Assembly (NCBI GenBank): GCA_965364395.1
Contig: CBDTXE010000003.1
Location: 1-34,441 of the forward strand
From: an uncultured bacterium
GTDB lineage: Bacteria; Patescibacteriota; Saccharimonadia; UBA4664; SCTI01
Direction: 5' to 3'
Length of the DNA stretch: 34,441 nucleotides
Translations under genes and position numbers: made by a program
Notes under the pieces: model-generated
Told to the model about the DNA's origin: nothing
Database searches by the model: none
Seen by the model: the letters and a program-made list of their open reading frames with translations, nothing else
Shown: piece by piece, positions 1 through 8,280 of the stretch
How positions within the stretch are numbered: the first letter of the stretch is position 1
Layout: each line of letters starts with the position of its first letter

Positions 1-597
1 TTTAAAATGCGTATACCCGGAAACAATGACTTCGCGCATATGCGCGAAGTCATAAGTCGGCGGTTCACTGGTAAGAACTGGGAGCAGTGGCCAAAGCCTG
101 ACCTAGTACTGATAGATGGGGGTAAGGGGCAGCTGGCCGCGGCATTGTCGGTAATGGAGGAGCTGGGCATCACCATACCGGCCATCGGCCTAGCCAAGCG
201 GGAAGAGGAGATCATCCGCCGCAAAGAGGGCGCAGCGCAGCTGGCTATCCCTGGCGGATTGACAGCACGTGACAGCCATCGCCTTTCGGCCACTGCCGAA
301 GCTGATGCCGGGGGCTACGACGTTATCAAGCTGCCGATGGACTCCCATGTTTTGCAGTTGCTGCAGCGGGTAAGGGATGAAGCGCACAGATTTGCCGTGA
401 CTTACCATAGCTTGCTAAGAGCCAAGCGCCAAACCGGATCGGTACTGGATTCTGTCCCAGGCGTGGGGCCGGCGACCCGCAAAAAGCTAATCAGGGCATT
501 TGGAAGCGTGGCCGGAATCAAAGCGGCATCAATAGAGGAGGTGGCGGGCATTGTGGGTACGGCGCGGGCTAAAGTCATTAGGGAGACCCTCATTTGA
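1..597 (+). CDS. uvrC: Excinuclease ABC subunit C, C-terminal part (5' end outside the window)
   Basis: Frame is open from base 1. Motifs NDFAHMREVISRRF, PDLVLIDGGKGQL, IGLAKREEEI, LQRVRDEAHRFA and the HhH motif VPGVGPATRKKL. Confidence 0.96.
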   Translation, partial: FKMRIPGNNDFAHMREVISRRFTGKNWEQWPKPDLVLIDGGKGQLAAALSVMEELGITIPAIGLAKREEEIIRRKEGAAQLAIPGGLTARDSHRLSATAEADAGGYDVIKLPMDSHVLQLLQRVRDEAHRFAVTYHSLLRAKRQTGSVLDSVPGVGPATRKKLIRAFGSVAGIKAASIEEVAGIVGTARAKVIRETLI

Positions 598-669
598 CCG
601 CGCGGACTGGAAGATTGCACAATTACCGACGCATATCTGGAAGCTACTATTGGATGGAGATGACATTGG

Positions 670-2391
670 TTGTGGTTGCAGTGGTGTCACCCCGTGATTG
701 AAGGCGGGGAAGTCCAAGACGTCGATTCATTTCGGGCGTCTGTTTCGCAGCGCCTAGTGGATTTGGAAGCGACAATCAATTCGCGCGGCGGCTCCGACCA
801 AATAGTTGCAGATGAGGTCAGGAAGCTGCGCCAAGCAGTAGCCGCATGGGTGCCACCCAGGGCTTCAAGTGAAGGAAACTCGGACCGATGGCAGTCTATT
901 CTTGAATCCGTAGTTTCAAATGCACCGCATTATATTCAGGTGCTTGATACCGAGTTATGCTACACCTACGTCAACCGAATCGCTCCTAATGTCAACCTTG
1001 TGGACTTCCTGGGCAAGCCGTATGGGCGGACTTTCAATCGCGATGAGCGCAAGCGGATTTACGCATTGCTGCGCCACACATTGAAATCCGGCGAAATAAC
1101 TGAGTATAAAGTAATGTCCACTTACGATGGAGCCAAGCATTGGTATAAAACTACGGCGGGTCCGATTCGCGAATTTGGAGAAATTACCGGTGTCATTCTG
1201 ATCACATTTGATATCACCACGGAGAAGTTGGCGCAGCAAGTGCTGGAACAGGAGAAGGTGGCGGCCGAGTCGGCGCGCCTGCGCGACCGCGCGCTGCTAA
1301 ACAGTATTGGTGAAGGACTGCTGGTAATTGATGAAGCCGGCCGGATCGCCAACATTAATCCTTCCGGTGCGGCGATGCTGGGTTATAGGAGAAAAGAGCT
1401 GATTGGCAAATGGTTTAATGCCGCGGTGGAGGCGCTTGATGAGCGTGGATTGTTGATAGACCCCTTGGAGCGGCCGGTGATGCGGGCTCTGACCAGTGGT
1501 AAGTCCGTGGCCGAGCATGCCTGGTACGTCCGTAAAGACGGGACCCGTTTTCCAGTATCACTGACCATCTCGCCGGTTGTCCATAACGGCAAGCCTATCG
1601 GCGCCATTGAGGTGTTTCGAGACACAACCGAGGAGCGCGAGCTTGATAATGCCAAAGAGGAGTTCGTTTCCTTGGCGTCGCACCAGCTGCGGACGCCGGC
1701 TACCGGGGTAAAGGCCTTTGTCTCAATGATGCTCGACGGCTACGGTGGATCATTAAGTGATGAGCAGCAGGAGTTTTTACAGAAGGTATACGATTCCAAT
1801 GAACGCCAACTGCAGGTCGTAAATGACATGCTGAACGTTGCCAGGGTGGACGCGGGGCGGATAGTCCCGGAAATGACCAGTACGGTAGTAAATCCAATTA
1901 TTTACGACGTGGTGGAGGAACAAAAAGCCACCATCAGGCAGCGGCGGCAAGAATTGGCAATTGAATTGCCTAATAGCCCAATTGAGGCGGTCCTTGATGG
2001 CAAGCTCCTGCGCATGGTAATGGAAAATTTGCTCAGCAATGCTTCAAAATACACCCCCGTGGGCGGCAACATTCGGGTGCGCATGGAGGCATTAAAAGGT
2101 ATGCTGCAAATCACCGTGTCCGATACAGGCGTAGGGATTGCCAAGTCCGATGTTTCCAAGCTGTTCCAGCGGTTTTCCAGGATTCCGAACCAATTTAGTG
2201 CGGCGCGCGGGGGCACTGGCCTTGGGCTGTACTTGGCAAACAACATCGTCAGGTTGCATGACGGGGAAATGGCGGTGGACTCAGAAGTAGGGAAAGGAAC
2301 CGAGTTTACGGTTACTATCCCCTTGAAGCCGCGCCCACGGCAGGTGCGTGCCGTCCACAGAGCCAAAGAAACGCCGGGAGGTAAAAAATGA
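670..2391 (+). CDS. Soluble PAS-PAS sensor histidine kinase (HisKA + HATPase_c); start codon uncertain (TTG 670 or GTG 694)
   Basis: Two PAS/PAC segments, H-box EFVSLASHQLRTPAT, N-box ENLLSNASKYT, G1 DTGVGI, G2 GGTGLGL. No hydrophobic TM stretch. Confidence 0.93.
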   Translation: MWLQWCHPVIEGGEVQDVDSFRASVSQRLVDLEATINSRGGSDQIVADEVRKLRQAVAAWVPPRASSEGNSDRWQSILESVVSNAPHYIQVLDTELCYTYVNRIAPNVNLVDFLGKPYGRTFNRDERKRIYALLRHTLKSGEITEYKVMSTYDGAKHWYKTTAGPIREFGEITGVILITFDITTEKLAQQVLEQEKVAAESARLRDRALLNSIGEGLLVIDEAGRIANINPSGAAMLGYRRKELIGKWFNAAVEALDERGLLIDPLERPVMRALTSGKSVAEHAWYVRKDGTRFPVSLTISPVVHNGKPIGAIEVFRDTTEERELDNAKEEFVSLASHQLRTPATGVKAFVSMMLDGYGGSLSDEQQEFLQKVYDSNERQLQVVNDMLNVARVDAGRIVPEMTSTVVNPIIYDVVEEQKATIRQRRQELAIELPNSPIEAVLDGKLLRMVMENLLSNASKYTPVGGNIRVRMEALKGMLQITVSDTGVGIAKSDVSKLFQRFSRIPNQFSAARGGTGLGLYLANNIVRLHDGEMAVDSEVGKGTEFTVTIPLKPRPRQVRAVHRAKETPGGKK

Positions 2392-3314
2392 CACCGCTTC
2401 GCCGAACCGCCTACGTGGTGCTTGGGACTCTGTCCTTCGTGTACATAGCCGTCACGCTGGCTCAGCCTGTCAGTCAAGCTACCAGCCAGTATGGCATTTC
2501 CGAAATGGCCGTACGTCTGCTGCAGTTGACCATCGTGGGACCAGTAACGGCCATCTGGTTTCTCGCCTTATATGGGTCGCTAGGGTTTAAGGCCTATGCG
2601 GCCAGCATCTCTGATAGTAGGGACGGCAACGCTTTGAACTACGTTGCCAACGGCTTGATTATCTTGATCGCAACGCTAGTGGCTTCTACGACGCTACAGG
2701 CTTTTATGCCGTGGATGCGACAGGATGGGCTGCAGGCTGGTTGGACGGTTATGGCCAATTACGTTGGGGCTTTTGGGCACTTGCTGGCTTTTGCGTCGAT
2801 CTACCACGGGTCCAACGGCCTGGCCAAGTTAGTTGCCTATAAATCCGTCCAAAAAGGAAAACTCATTGGGACGCTCGTGCTGGTGCCATTGGTAGGCCTG
2901 TACGCCTACACCATGTTTCATAATCCTGCTCGCAACAGCGCTCCCGTCGGAGAGAATGTGAGCTCATACTTTTTGTCAGACCCGATGCTGCTGCTAACCA
3001 TCGTGCTGCCATTTTCCATCACCTGGTTCATCGGCATGCTGGCCATAGTCAATATCAACGCCTACTACCGCCACTCTGAAGGTATTATCTACCGGAAATC
3101 GTTAGCCTACCTAACAAAGGGTTTGATCGCCGTTGTAGCGTCGTCGCTGGTAATCCAGATGATTTCGGCCATGGGTCCCGCACTCGCTAGCTGGGGGCTT
3201 TCCCAGGTCATCCTATTGCTCTACATATTGATCGTGATCTATTCGGCCGGCCATGTGCTGGTGCTTAAGGGAGCTCGAAGACTTGCCAGGATAGAAGAGG
3301 CCGGGGCGGTATGA
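2388..3314 (+). CDS. Uncharacterised integral membrane protein, about 8 TM helices, with a 4+4 internal duplication
   Basis: Eight hydrophobic segments. The halves repeat LTIVxP..xWF...AY...LxYxxxGLI...GH. ATGA overlap with the kinase stop. Confidence 0.85.
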   Translation: MTPLRRTAYVVLGTLSFVYIAVTLAQPVSQATSQYGISEMAVRLLQLTIVGPVTAIWFLALYGSLGFKAYAASISDSRDGNALNYVANGLIILIATLVASTTLQAFMPWMRQDGLQAGWTVMANYVGAFGHLLAFASIYHGSNGLAKLVAYKSVQKGKLIGTLVLVPLVGLYAYTMFHNPARNSAPVGENVSSYFLSDPMLLLTIVLPFSITWFIGMLAIVNINAYYRHSEGIIYRKSLAYLTKGLIAVVASSLVIQMISAMGPALASWGLSQVILLLYILIVIYSAGHVLVLKGARRLARIEEAGAV

Positions 3315-3544
3315 CGGTTAGGCTATATGATAATATAGTGTCGGTTATCGAGCCGTATCTTGGGCCGACGACCCAGCGGTTTGTCGATAGGCAAATCGTT
3401 TCACACTTACAAAAGCCCCCGCAAGAAATAACCGGCGAGGATTTAGCGCAGCTGACCGAGTGGATAAAGGTATCGCTGTCGATGCTGACCGACGACCGCC
3501 AGACGGTAGAAGAGTGTGTCAGCCGGCTAACCGGTTTGGTGTAA
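3311..3544 (+). CDS. Small helical hypothetical protein (77 aa) in the signalling operon
   Basis: ATGA overlap with the upstream gene, amphipathic helical pattern (YLGPTTQRFVDRQI), fills the operon gap. Confidence 0.8.
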   Translation: MTVRLYDNIVSVIEPYLGPTTQRFVDRQIVSHLQKPPQEITGEDLAQLTEWIKVSLSMLTDDRQTVEECVSRLTGLV

Positions 3545-3556
3545 GGAAGGGATGCC

Positions 3557-3931
3557 ATGTCTCGTATTCTGATTGTAGAAGATGACGCCATGCTGCAAAG
3601 CGCCTACGTGACGGTCCTCAAGGCGGAGGGCTATGAGGTGGCGGCCGCTTCAGACGGCCTGGAGGGACTGGCGGCCGCCAACGACTTGAAGCCGGATGCA
3701 ATTCTGTTGGACATGCTAATGCCTAACCTAAACGGGCTGGAATTTTTGCAGGCTTATCAAGCGCCACAAAAACATCCGCGGACCAAAATAGTGGTGTTCA
3801 GCAACATGTCTGTCCCTAGTGATGTGCGTAGCGCGATGTCCCTGGGCGCAACCAAGTATCTGACCAAGTCTAGTTTTACACCCAAAGAAATTGCTGAGAT
3901 CATTAAAGACGTATTGAAAACCGGAGAATAA
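3557..3931 (+). CDS. Stand-alone response regulator receiver (CheY-like)
   Basis: ILIVEDD, phospho-acceptor LLDMLMPNLNG, VVFSN, YLTK. Confidence 0.93.
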   Translation: MSRILIVEDDAMLQSAYVTVLKAEGYEVAAASDGLEGLAAANDLKPDAILLDMLMPNLNGLEFLQAYQAPQKHPRTKIVVFSNMSVPSDVRSAMSLGATKYLTKSSFTPKEIAEIIKDVLKTGE

Positions 3932-3933
3932 AG

Positions 3934-4302
3934 ATGCCCCAACTCGTATATGTAGTAGATGATGACACCGCTTTGCGCACTGCTTATGCAGCGGGACTGC
4001 ACAAGCTGGGGTATGACGTGGAAACCGCCACTGACGGGCTGGAAGCTAAGGCCCTCTTAGCCAAGGGCAAGCCGGTACTGTTCCTGCTGGACATGCTTAT
4101 GCCAAATATGGATGGCATATCCTTTCTTAAGGAATTGCGTGCCGATCCGGCAAACGATGACGTAAAGGTTGTCGTAGTAAGTAACATTGAATCGATCACT
4201 GAAGCCCAGGAGCTAGGTATCAGCCGCTATATGTCCAAATTGCAGTTTACTCCTGACGCGGTGGCAGCGGCAGTCGACTTGATAATCAAAGGCGAAGCAT
4301 AG
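3934..4302 (+). CDS. Second stand-alone response regulator receiver (CheY-like)
   Basis: VYVVDDD, LLDMLMPNMDG, VVVSN, YMSK. Confidence 0.92.
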   Translation: MPQLVYVVDDDTALRTAYAAGLHKLGYDVETATDGLEAKALLAKGKPVLFLLDMLMPNMDGISFLKELRADPANDDVKVVVVSNIESITEAQELGISRYMSKLQFTPDAVAAAVDLIIKGEA

Positions 4303-4334
4303 CCGTTTTGGCCGAACGCTGGTAACCTAGAGAT

Positions 4335-4703
4335 ATGATTCGCCGATTCATCCTGCGCTGGTTTATAAATTTTCTCGGACTATGGGCGGCGGCTAACCTG
4401 CTATCGGGCGTGGATTACGGCAACCACATCGCCGCGCTGGTATGGGCATCGCTGATATTTTCAATTGTTAATGCGCTGATTAGGCCATTGGTGATTGTAT
4501 TGGCACTGCCGGCGATTATCCTAACCCTTGGCCTGTTCATCCTTGTGGTGAACGCCCTCATGCTGTATCTTGTGACAGTTTTCTACGAACCATTCCAGGT
4601 GAGCTCGTTTGGGCAGGCGATATTGGCGGTAATCATCGTCTGGGTGGTAAACTATCTTTTCACATATGTTTTAGAAGGAGTGCGCCGTGAAAGCGCTGTT
4701 TAA
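4335..4703 (+). CDS. 4-TM phage-holin-family (YvlD-like) membrane protein
   Basis: Family motif VNALIRPLV..LALPAIILTLGLFILVVNALML. Confidence 0.88.
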   Translation: MIRRFILRWFINFLGLWAAANLLSGVDYGNHIAALVWASLIFSIVNALIRPLVIVLALPAIILTLGLFILVVNALMLYLVTVFYEPFQVSSFGQAILAVIIVWVVNYLFTYVLEGVRRESAV

Positions 4704-4908
4704 TTACATTACGGTAGCCGCCGCAATCGTCACAATTACCAGTATCTTGCTGCAGGCCCGCAGCTCCAGCCTAGGAGCCGGCTTTGGATCGGAAAGCAAT
4801 TTCTACCATAGCAAGCGCGGAGCCGAGCTGGTGCTTTATTACATTACTATCGGCGCGGCCGTGGTATTTGTGTTGGCCGTGGTGATGAGCATCCTGGCCA
4901 AGCGATAA
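4687..4908 (+). CDS. secG: Preprotein translocase subunit SecG
   Basis: Two TM helices joined by ILLQARSSSLGAGFGS...KRGAE, the typical SecG loop. Confidence 0.9.
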   Translation: MKALFNYITVAAAIVTITSILLQARSSSLGAGFGSESNFYHSKRGAELVLYYITIGAAVVFVLAVVMSILAKR

Positions 4909-4921
4909 GGAGGCACGGGCG

Positions 4922-6679
4922 GTGTTAACCTATTTGCGATTCAAGTGGCAACGGGTGTTGCGGCGGCATCATCGCGCGATTAAAAAAAACTGGCGCATGG
5001 CAGTCAGCCACGTCCGGACCAATGTTTGGGCAAAGTGGCGCCAGCTGACACTTATCCGGCGGTTTGCGATTATGTGGTGGGCAATTATGGCGTTGGCCGG
5101 CGTTGGCCTGTTTTTACAGGTACGGGGCATGGTGGCGGCCGGGGCGGTTCTTAGGCCGGTGGCGGGCGGCGTATACACTGAAGCCGTAGTAGGCGACGTT
5201 AAGACTGTGAATCCCATTCTACCCGACAACAGCGCCAGTGCTGACGCCACACGCCTGGTTTTTGACGGCTTGACGCGATTCTCGGCCGGCGGCAAGCTGT
5301 TACCGGGATTGGCGGAGAACTGGAGCGTCAGCGCCGACGGCAAAAGCTACACGTTTAAGCTTCGTAAAGGCGTAAAGTGGCACGATGGCGTACCTTTTAC
5401 TTCGCAGGACGTGGCTTTTACGCTGACGGCGATCCAAAATCCGGACACCAGGTCTCCGCTGGCTGCCAATTGGCAGGGCGTCCAAATTGCCACGCCGGAC
5501 GACCATACCGTCATTTTCACTCTTCCCAAGGCGTATACGCCGTTTGTTAACGCCACGACCGTAGGCATCCTGCCACGCCACCGGTTGGAAAACATCGAGC
5601 CCAGAGAAATGCGCGTGGCTACGTTTAACCAGCAGCCAGTGGGAACCGGCCCATTCCAGTTGAAAGATCTGGATCCGATGGACAAAGAAATCATCTTTAT
5701 CCGCAATGACGATTACTTTGGCGGCAAGCCGCTGCTAGAAGGCGTGGTGCTGCGCTGGTACGACGACTCCAAGGACGCGCTGGCGGCGTATGCGCGTCGG
5801 CAGGTCCAAGGCGTGGCGCGCCTGCAGCCTTCACAGCGAGAGGCCGCCATGGGCCTGGGCGGATTAAAAATCCACGAGGCGGGCTTGCCTGACCAGGTGG
5901 CAGTATTTTTTAACGTTGCCGAGGGCCTTTTGGCTGACAAGGCGGTTCGCACGGCTTTGGCCCAGGCGACTGACCGGCGGGGCATAGTGGACAAGGAATT
6001 TGGCGGCCAGGCCAGCGCCCTAGCGGTGCCTTTGGTTTATCCCGGGCTGGACTTGCAGGGCTCCAATAAAGGTCCCGCCTACAGTACTGATGCGGCCAAG
6101 ACCGCATTGCAATCGGCCGGCTGGGTAGAAGGCGAGGGTGGTATCCGGATTAAGGACGGCAAAAAACTGCAGTTTGAGATAGTGACCCAGTCTGACACGC
6201 CCTACGTTGGGGTTGCCAGGAGGCTGAAGGAGCAATGGAAGAAAGCTGGCGCCGAGGTGGTGGTGAGGGACGTTGATGCCACTGAGCTGCAGCAAAGCAA
6301 TATCCGGCCACGGCACTATGATGCACTGCTGTACGGTATTAATTCAGGCGCCGATCCGGACGTCTATGCATTTTGGCATTCCTCGCAAGTGAAAGACCCC
6401 GGCCTCAACTTGTCGGCATACGCCTCCAAGTCTGCCGACGTGGCGCTGGAAAGCGGAAGGACTCTGCGCGACACTGAAACGCGGTATGCCAAATACCGTA
6501 GCTTTGTGCAGGCGTGGAGCAGCGATGTCCCAGCCGTGATGCTGTATACGCCAACTTATCTTTACGCCGTTGACCGCGACGTGCATGGCGTGGACCTGCG
6601 GCGCCTAGTGACGCCCTCCGACCGCTTTGATAACATTGCCAGCTGGTCGGTGCGGGTAAAGGCCGTCCCGGCGCGCTAG
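4922..6679 (+). CDS. Family-5 (oligopeptide-type) ABC substrate-binding protein with N-terminal membrane anchor
   Basis: LAENWSVSADGKSYTFKLRKGVKWHDGVPFTSQDV, PVGTGPF, VRTALAQATDR. SD AGGAGG upstream. Confidence 0.92.
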   Translation: MLTYLRFKWQRVLRRHHRAIKKNWRMAVSHVRTNVWAKWRQLTLIRRFAIMWWAIMALAGVGLFLQVRGMVAAGAVLRPVAGGVYTEAVVGDVKTVNPILPDNSASADATRLVFDGLTRFSAGGKLLPGLAENWSVSADGKSYTFKLRKGVKWHDGVPFTSQDVAFTLTAIQNPDTRSPLAANWQGVQIATPDDHTVIFTLPKAYTPFVNATTVGILPRHRLENIEPREMRVATFNQQPVGTGPFQLKDLDPMDKEIIFIRNDDYFGGKPLLEGVVLRWYDDSKDALAAYARRQVQGVARLQPSQREAAMGLGGLKIHEAGLPDQVAVFFNVAEGLLADKAVRTALAQATDRRGIVDKEFGGQASALAVPLVYPGLDLQGSNKGPAYSTDAAKTALQSAGWVEGEGGIRIKDGKKLQFEIVTQSDTPYVGVARRLKEQWKKAGAEVVVRDVDATELQQSNIRPRHYDALLYGINSGADPDVYAFWHSSQVKDPGLNLSAYASKSADVALESGRTLRDTETRYAKYRSFVQAWSSDVPAVMLYTPTYLYAVDRDVHGVDLRRLVTPSDRFDNIASWSVRVKAVPAR

Positions 6680-6728
6680 CCAAATTGCAGCATTTCCGGT
6701 AATATTGGCTGCGTAGTTTCACACCCAT

Positions 6729-6814
6729 GGGCGAGTGGTGAAATGGTAGACACGCTAGTTTCAGGTACTAGTGACCGCAAGGTCGTGGAGGTTCAATTCC
6801 TCTCTCGCCCACCA
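6729..6814 (+). tRNA. tRNA-Leu(CAG)
   Basis: Acceptor GGGCGAG/CTCGCCC, anticodon arm CTAGT-TTCAGGT-ACTAG, long variable arm, T-loop TTCAATT, ends in ACCA. Confidence 0.96.
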
Positions 6815-6850
6815 AGGAATAATCCAATATATACGTGTTAAGCTGGTGGC

Positions 6851-8197
6851 ATGCACACCGGCCAGCCAACCATCCTGATTATCATCGGCGTAACCGGTGA
6901 CCTGTCCCGGCGAAAGCTGCTACCGGCGGTCGAGAAACTGGCCGCTGCCGGCGTTCTGCCAGAAGCAACCAAGGTAATAGGTGTTAGCCGGCGGGCTATA
7001 GATGTGGGTTCACTGGTGTCAGGCGGGAGTTTCTTGAACACGAACTTCATTCCTCACGCGATGGATCTGACTAGCCCAAGTGATTACCAGCAACTTAAGG
7101 CCTTGCTGCAAAAGCTAAGCATTGATCTTGGAGGCAAGGCTCAGCGGATCTTCTATTTGTCGGTACCGCCAAGCGTCACTTCAGGCATCATCCGGCTGCT
7201 TGGACAGTCGGGTATAGCCGGCGAGCCGCACACCAAGCTGCTCCTAGAGAAGCCGTTTGGGACTGACCTGTTGTCCGCCCAGGAGCTGGTTGAAGAGACG
7301 CATATGCATTTTGATGAGCAGCAGCTGTATCGAATAGACCATTACCTCGCCAAAGAAATGACCCAAAACCTGCTCGTGTTCCGTTCGGGTAACTCGCTTT
7401 TCAAGCGGACTTGGAACGGCCGCCATGTCGACCGTATAGAAATCCTAGTTAGCGAGAAGATAGGCATTGAAGGCCGTGCGGGATTCTATGAGTCCACGGG
7501 AGCTTTGCGCGATGTTATCCAAAGCCACGCCCTGCAATTGGCGGCACTGACATTAATGGAGTTGCCAAAGGCTGAGAACTGGGGAGAGGTGCCTGGCTTG
7601 CGGCTCAGGGCGCTGCGGCAGCTACGTCCGGTGCCGGCGTCAGAGGTGGCCGCCCGTGTCGTGCGTGGACAGTATGACGGCTACCGGCTCGAAGCGCAAA
7701 ACCCGGGCAGTGTGGTAGAAACGTTCGTATCATTGAAGTTGTTTTCCGCCGACCCAACCTGGGAGGGCGTCCCGATTATCTTGACCGCCGGCAAGGCGCT
7801 AAGCAAACAGACGACTGAGATCCGTTTGCATTATTCAAGGCAGGATGCGGGGGAGTCTAATCGACTGACAATCCGAATCCAGCCAAACGAGGGCGTTGAA
7901 ATCGACGTTTGGACCAAGCGCCCGGGATTTGACAGGGGTATACAAAAAATTCCCCTGAGGTTTTCATATGCTGAACATTTTACGTCGCTGCCGGATGCTT
8001 ATGAGAGAGTTTTGTTAGACGCTATCCGCACAGACCGGTCACTGTTTGCATTGAGCGACGAGGTCCTGGCTTCTTGGCGGCTACTGGCGCACGTCCAGGA
8101 TTCCTGGAATCGCGACGATGCCGGCATTGTGACCTATCGCACAGGCACTGAACCTGAGAAGATCGCGCCGGCTTTACGGGCGGACGAAGGATATTAA
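6851..8197 (+). CDS. zwf: Glucose-6-phosphate 1-dehydrogenase
   Basis: GVTGDLSRRKL (NADP binding), EKPFGTDL, RIDHYLAKE, GALRDVIQSH, AYERVLLD. Confidence 0.96.
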   Translation: MHTGQPTILIIIGVTGDLSRRKLLPAVEKLAAAGVLPEATKVIGVSRRAIDVGSLVSGGSFLNTNFIPHAMDLTSPSDYQQLKALLQKLSIDLGGKAQRIFYLSVPPSVTSGIIRLLGQSGIAGEPHTKLLLEKPFGTDLLSAQELVEETHMHFDEQQLYRIDHYLAKEMTQNLLVFRSGNSLFKRTWNGRHVDRIEILVSEKIGIEGRAGFYESTGALRDVIQSHALQLAALTLMELPKAENWGEVPGLRLRALRQLRPVPASEVAARVVRGQYDGYRLEAQNPGSVVETFVSLKLFSADPTWEGVPIILTAGKALSKQTTEIRLHYSRQDAGESNRLTIRIQPNEGVEIDVWTKRPGFDRGIQKIPLRFSYAEHFTSLPDAYERVLLDAIRTDRSLFALSDEVLASWRLLAHVQDSWNRDDAGIVTYRTGTEPEKIAPALRADEGY

Positions 8198-8280
8198 CAT
8201 AAGCTGTTAAACTTCCAATATTATCCGCTATAAACGTGCGGTAACGGCTAAATAAGCAGTTTTAAGGTATAATGTCATCT

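Noticed and set aside
4335-4703. Holin-family gene as evidence of a prophage
   Set aside because: This family is commonly chromosomal, and no endolysin, structural or integrase genes are nearby.
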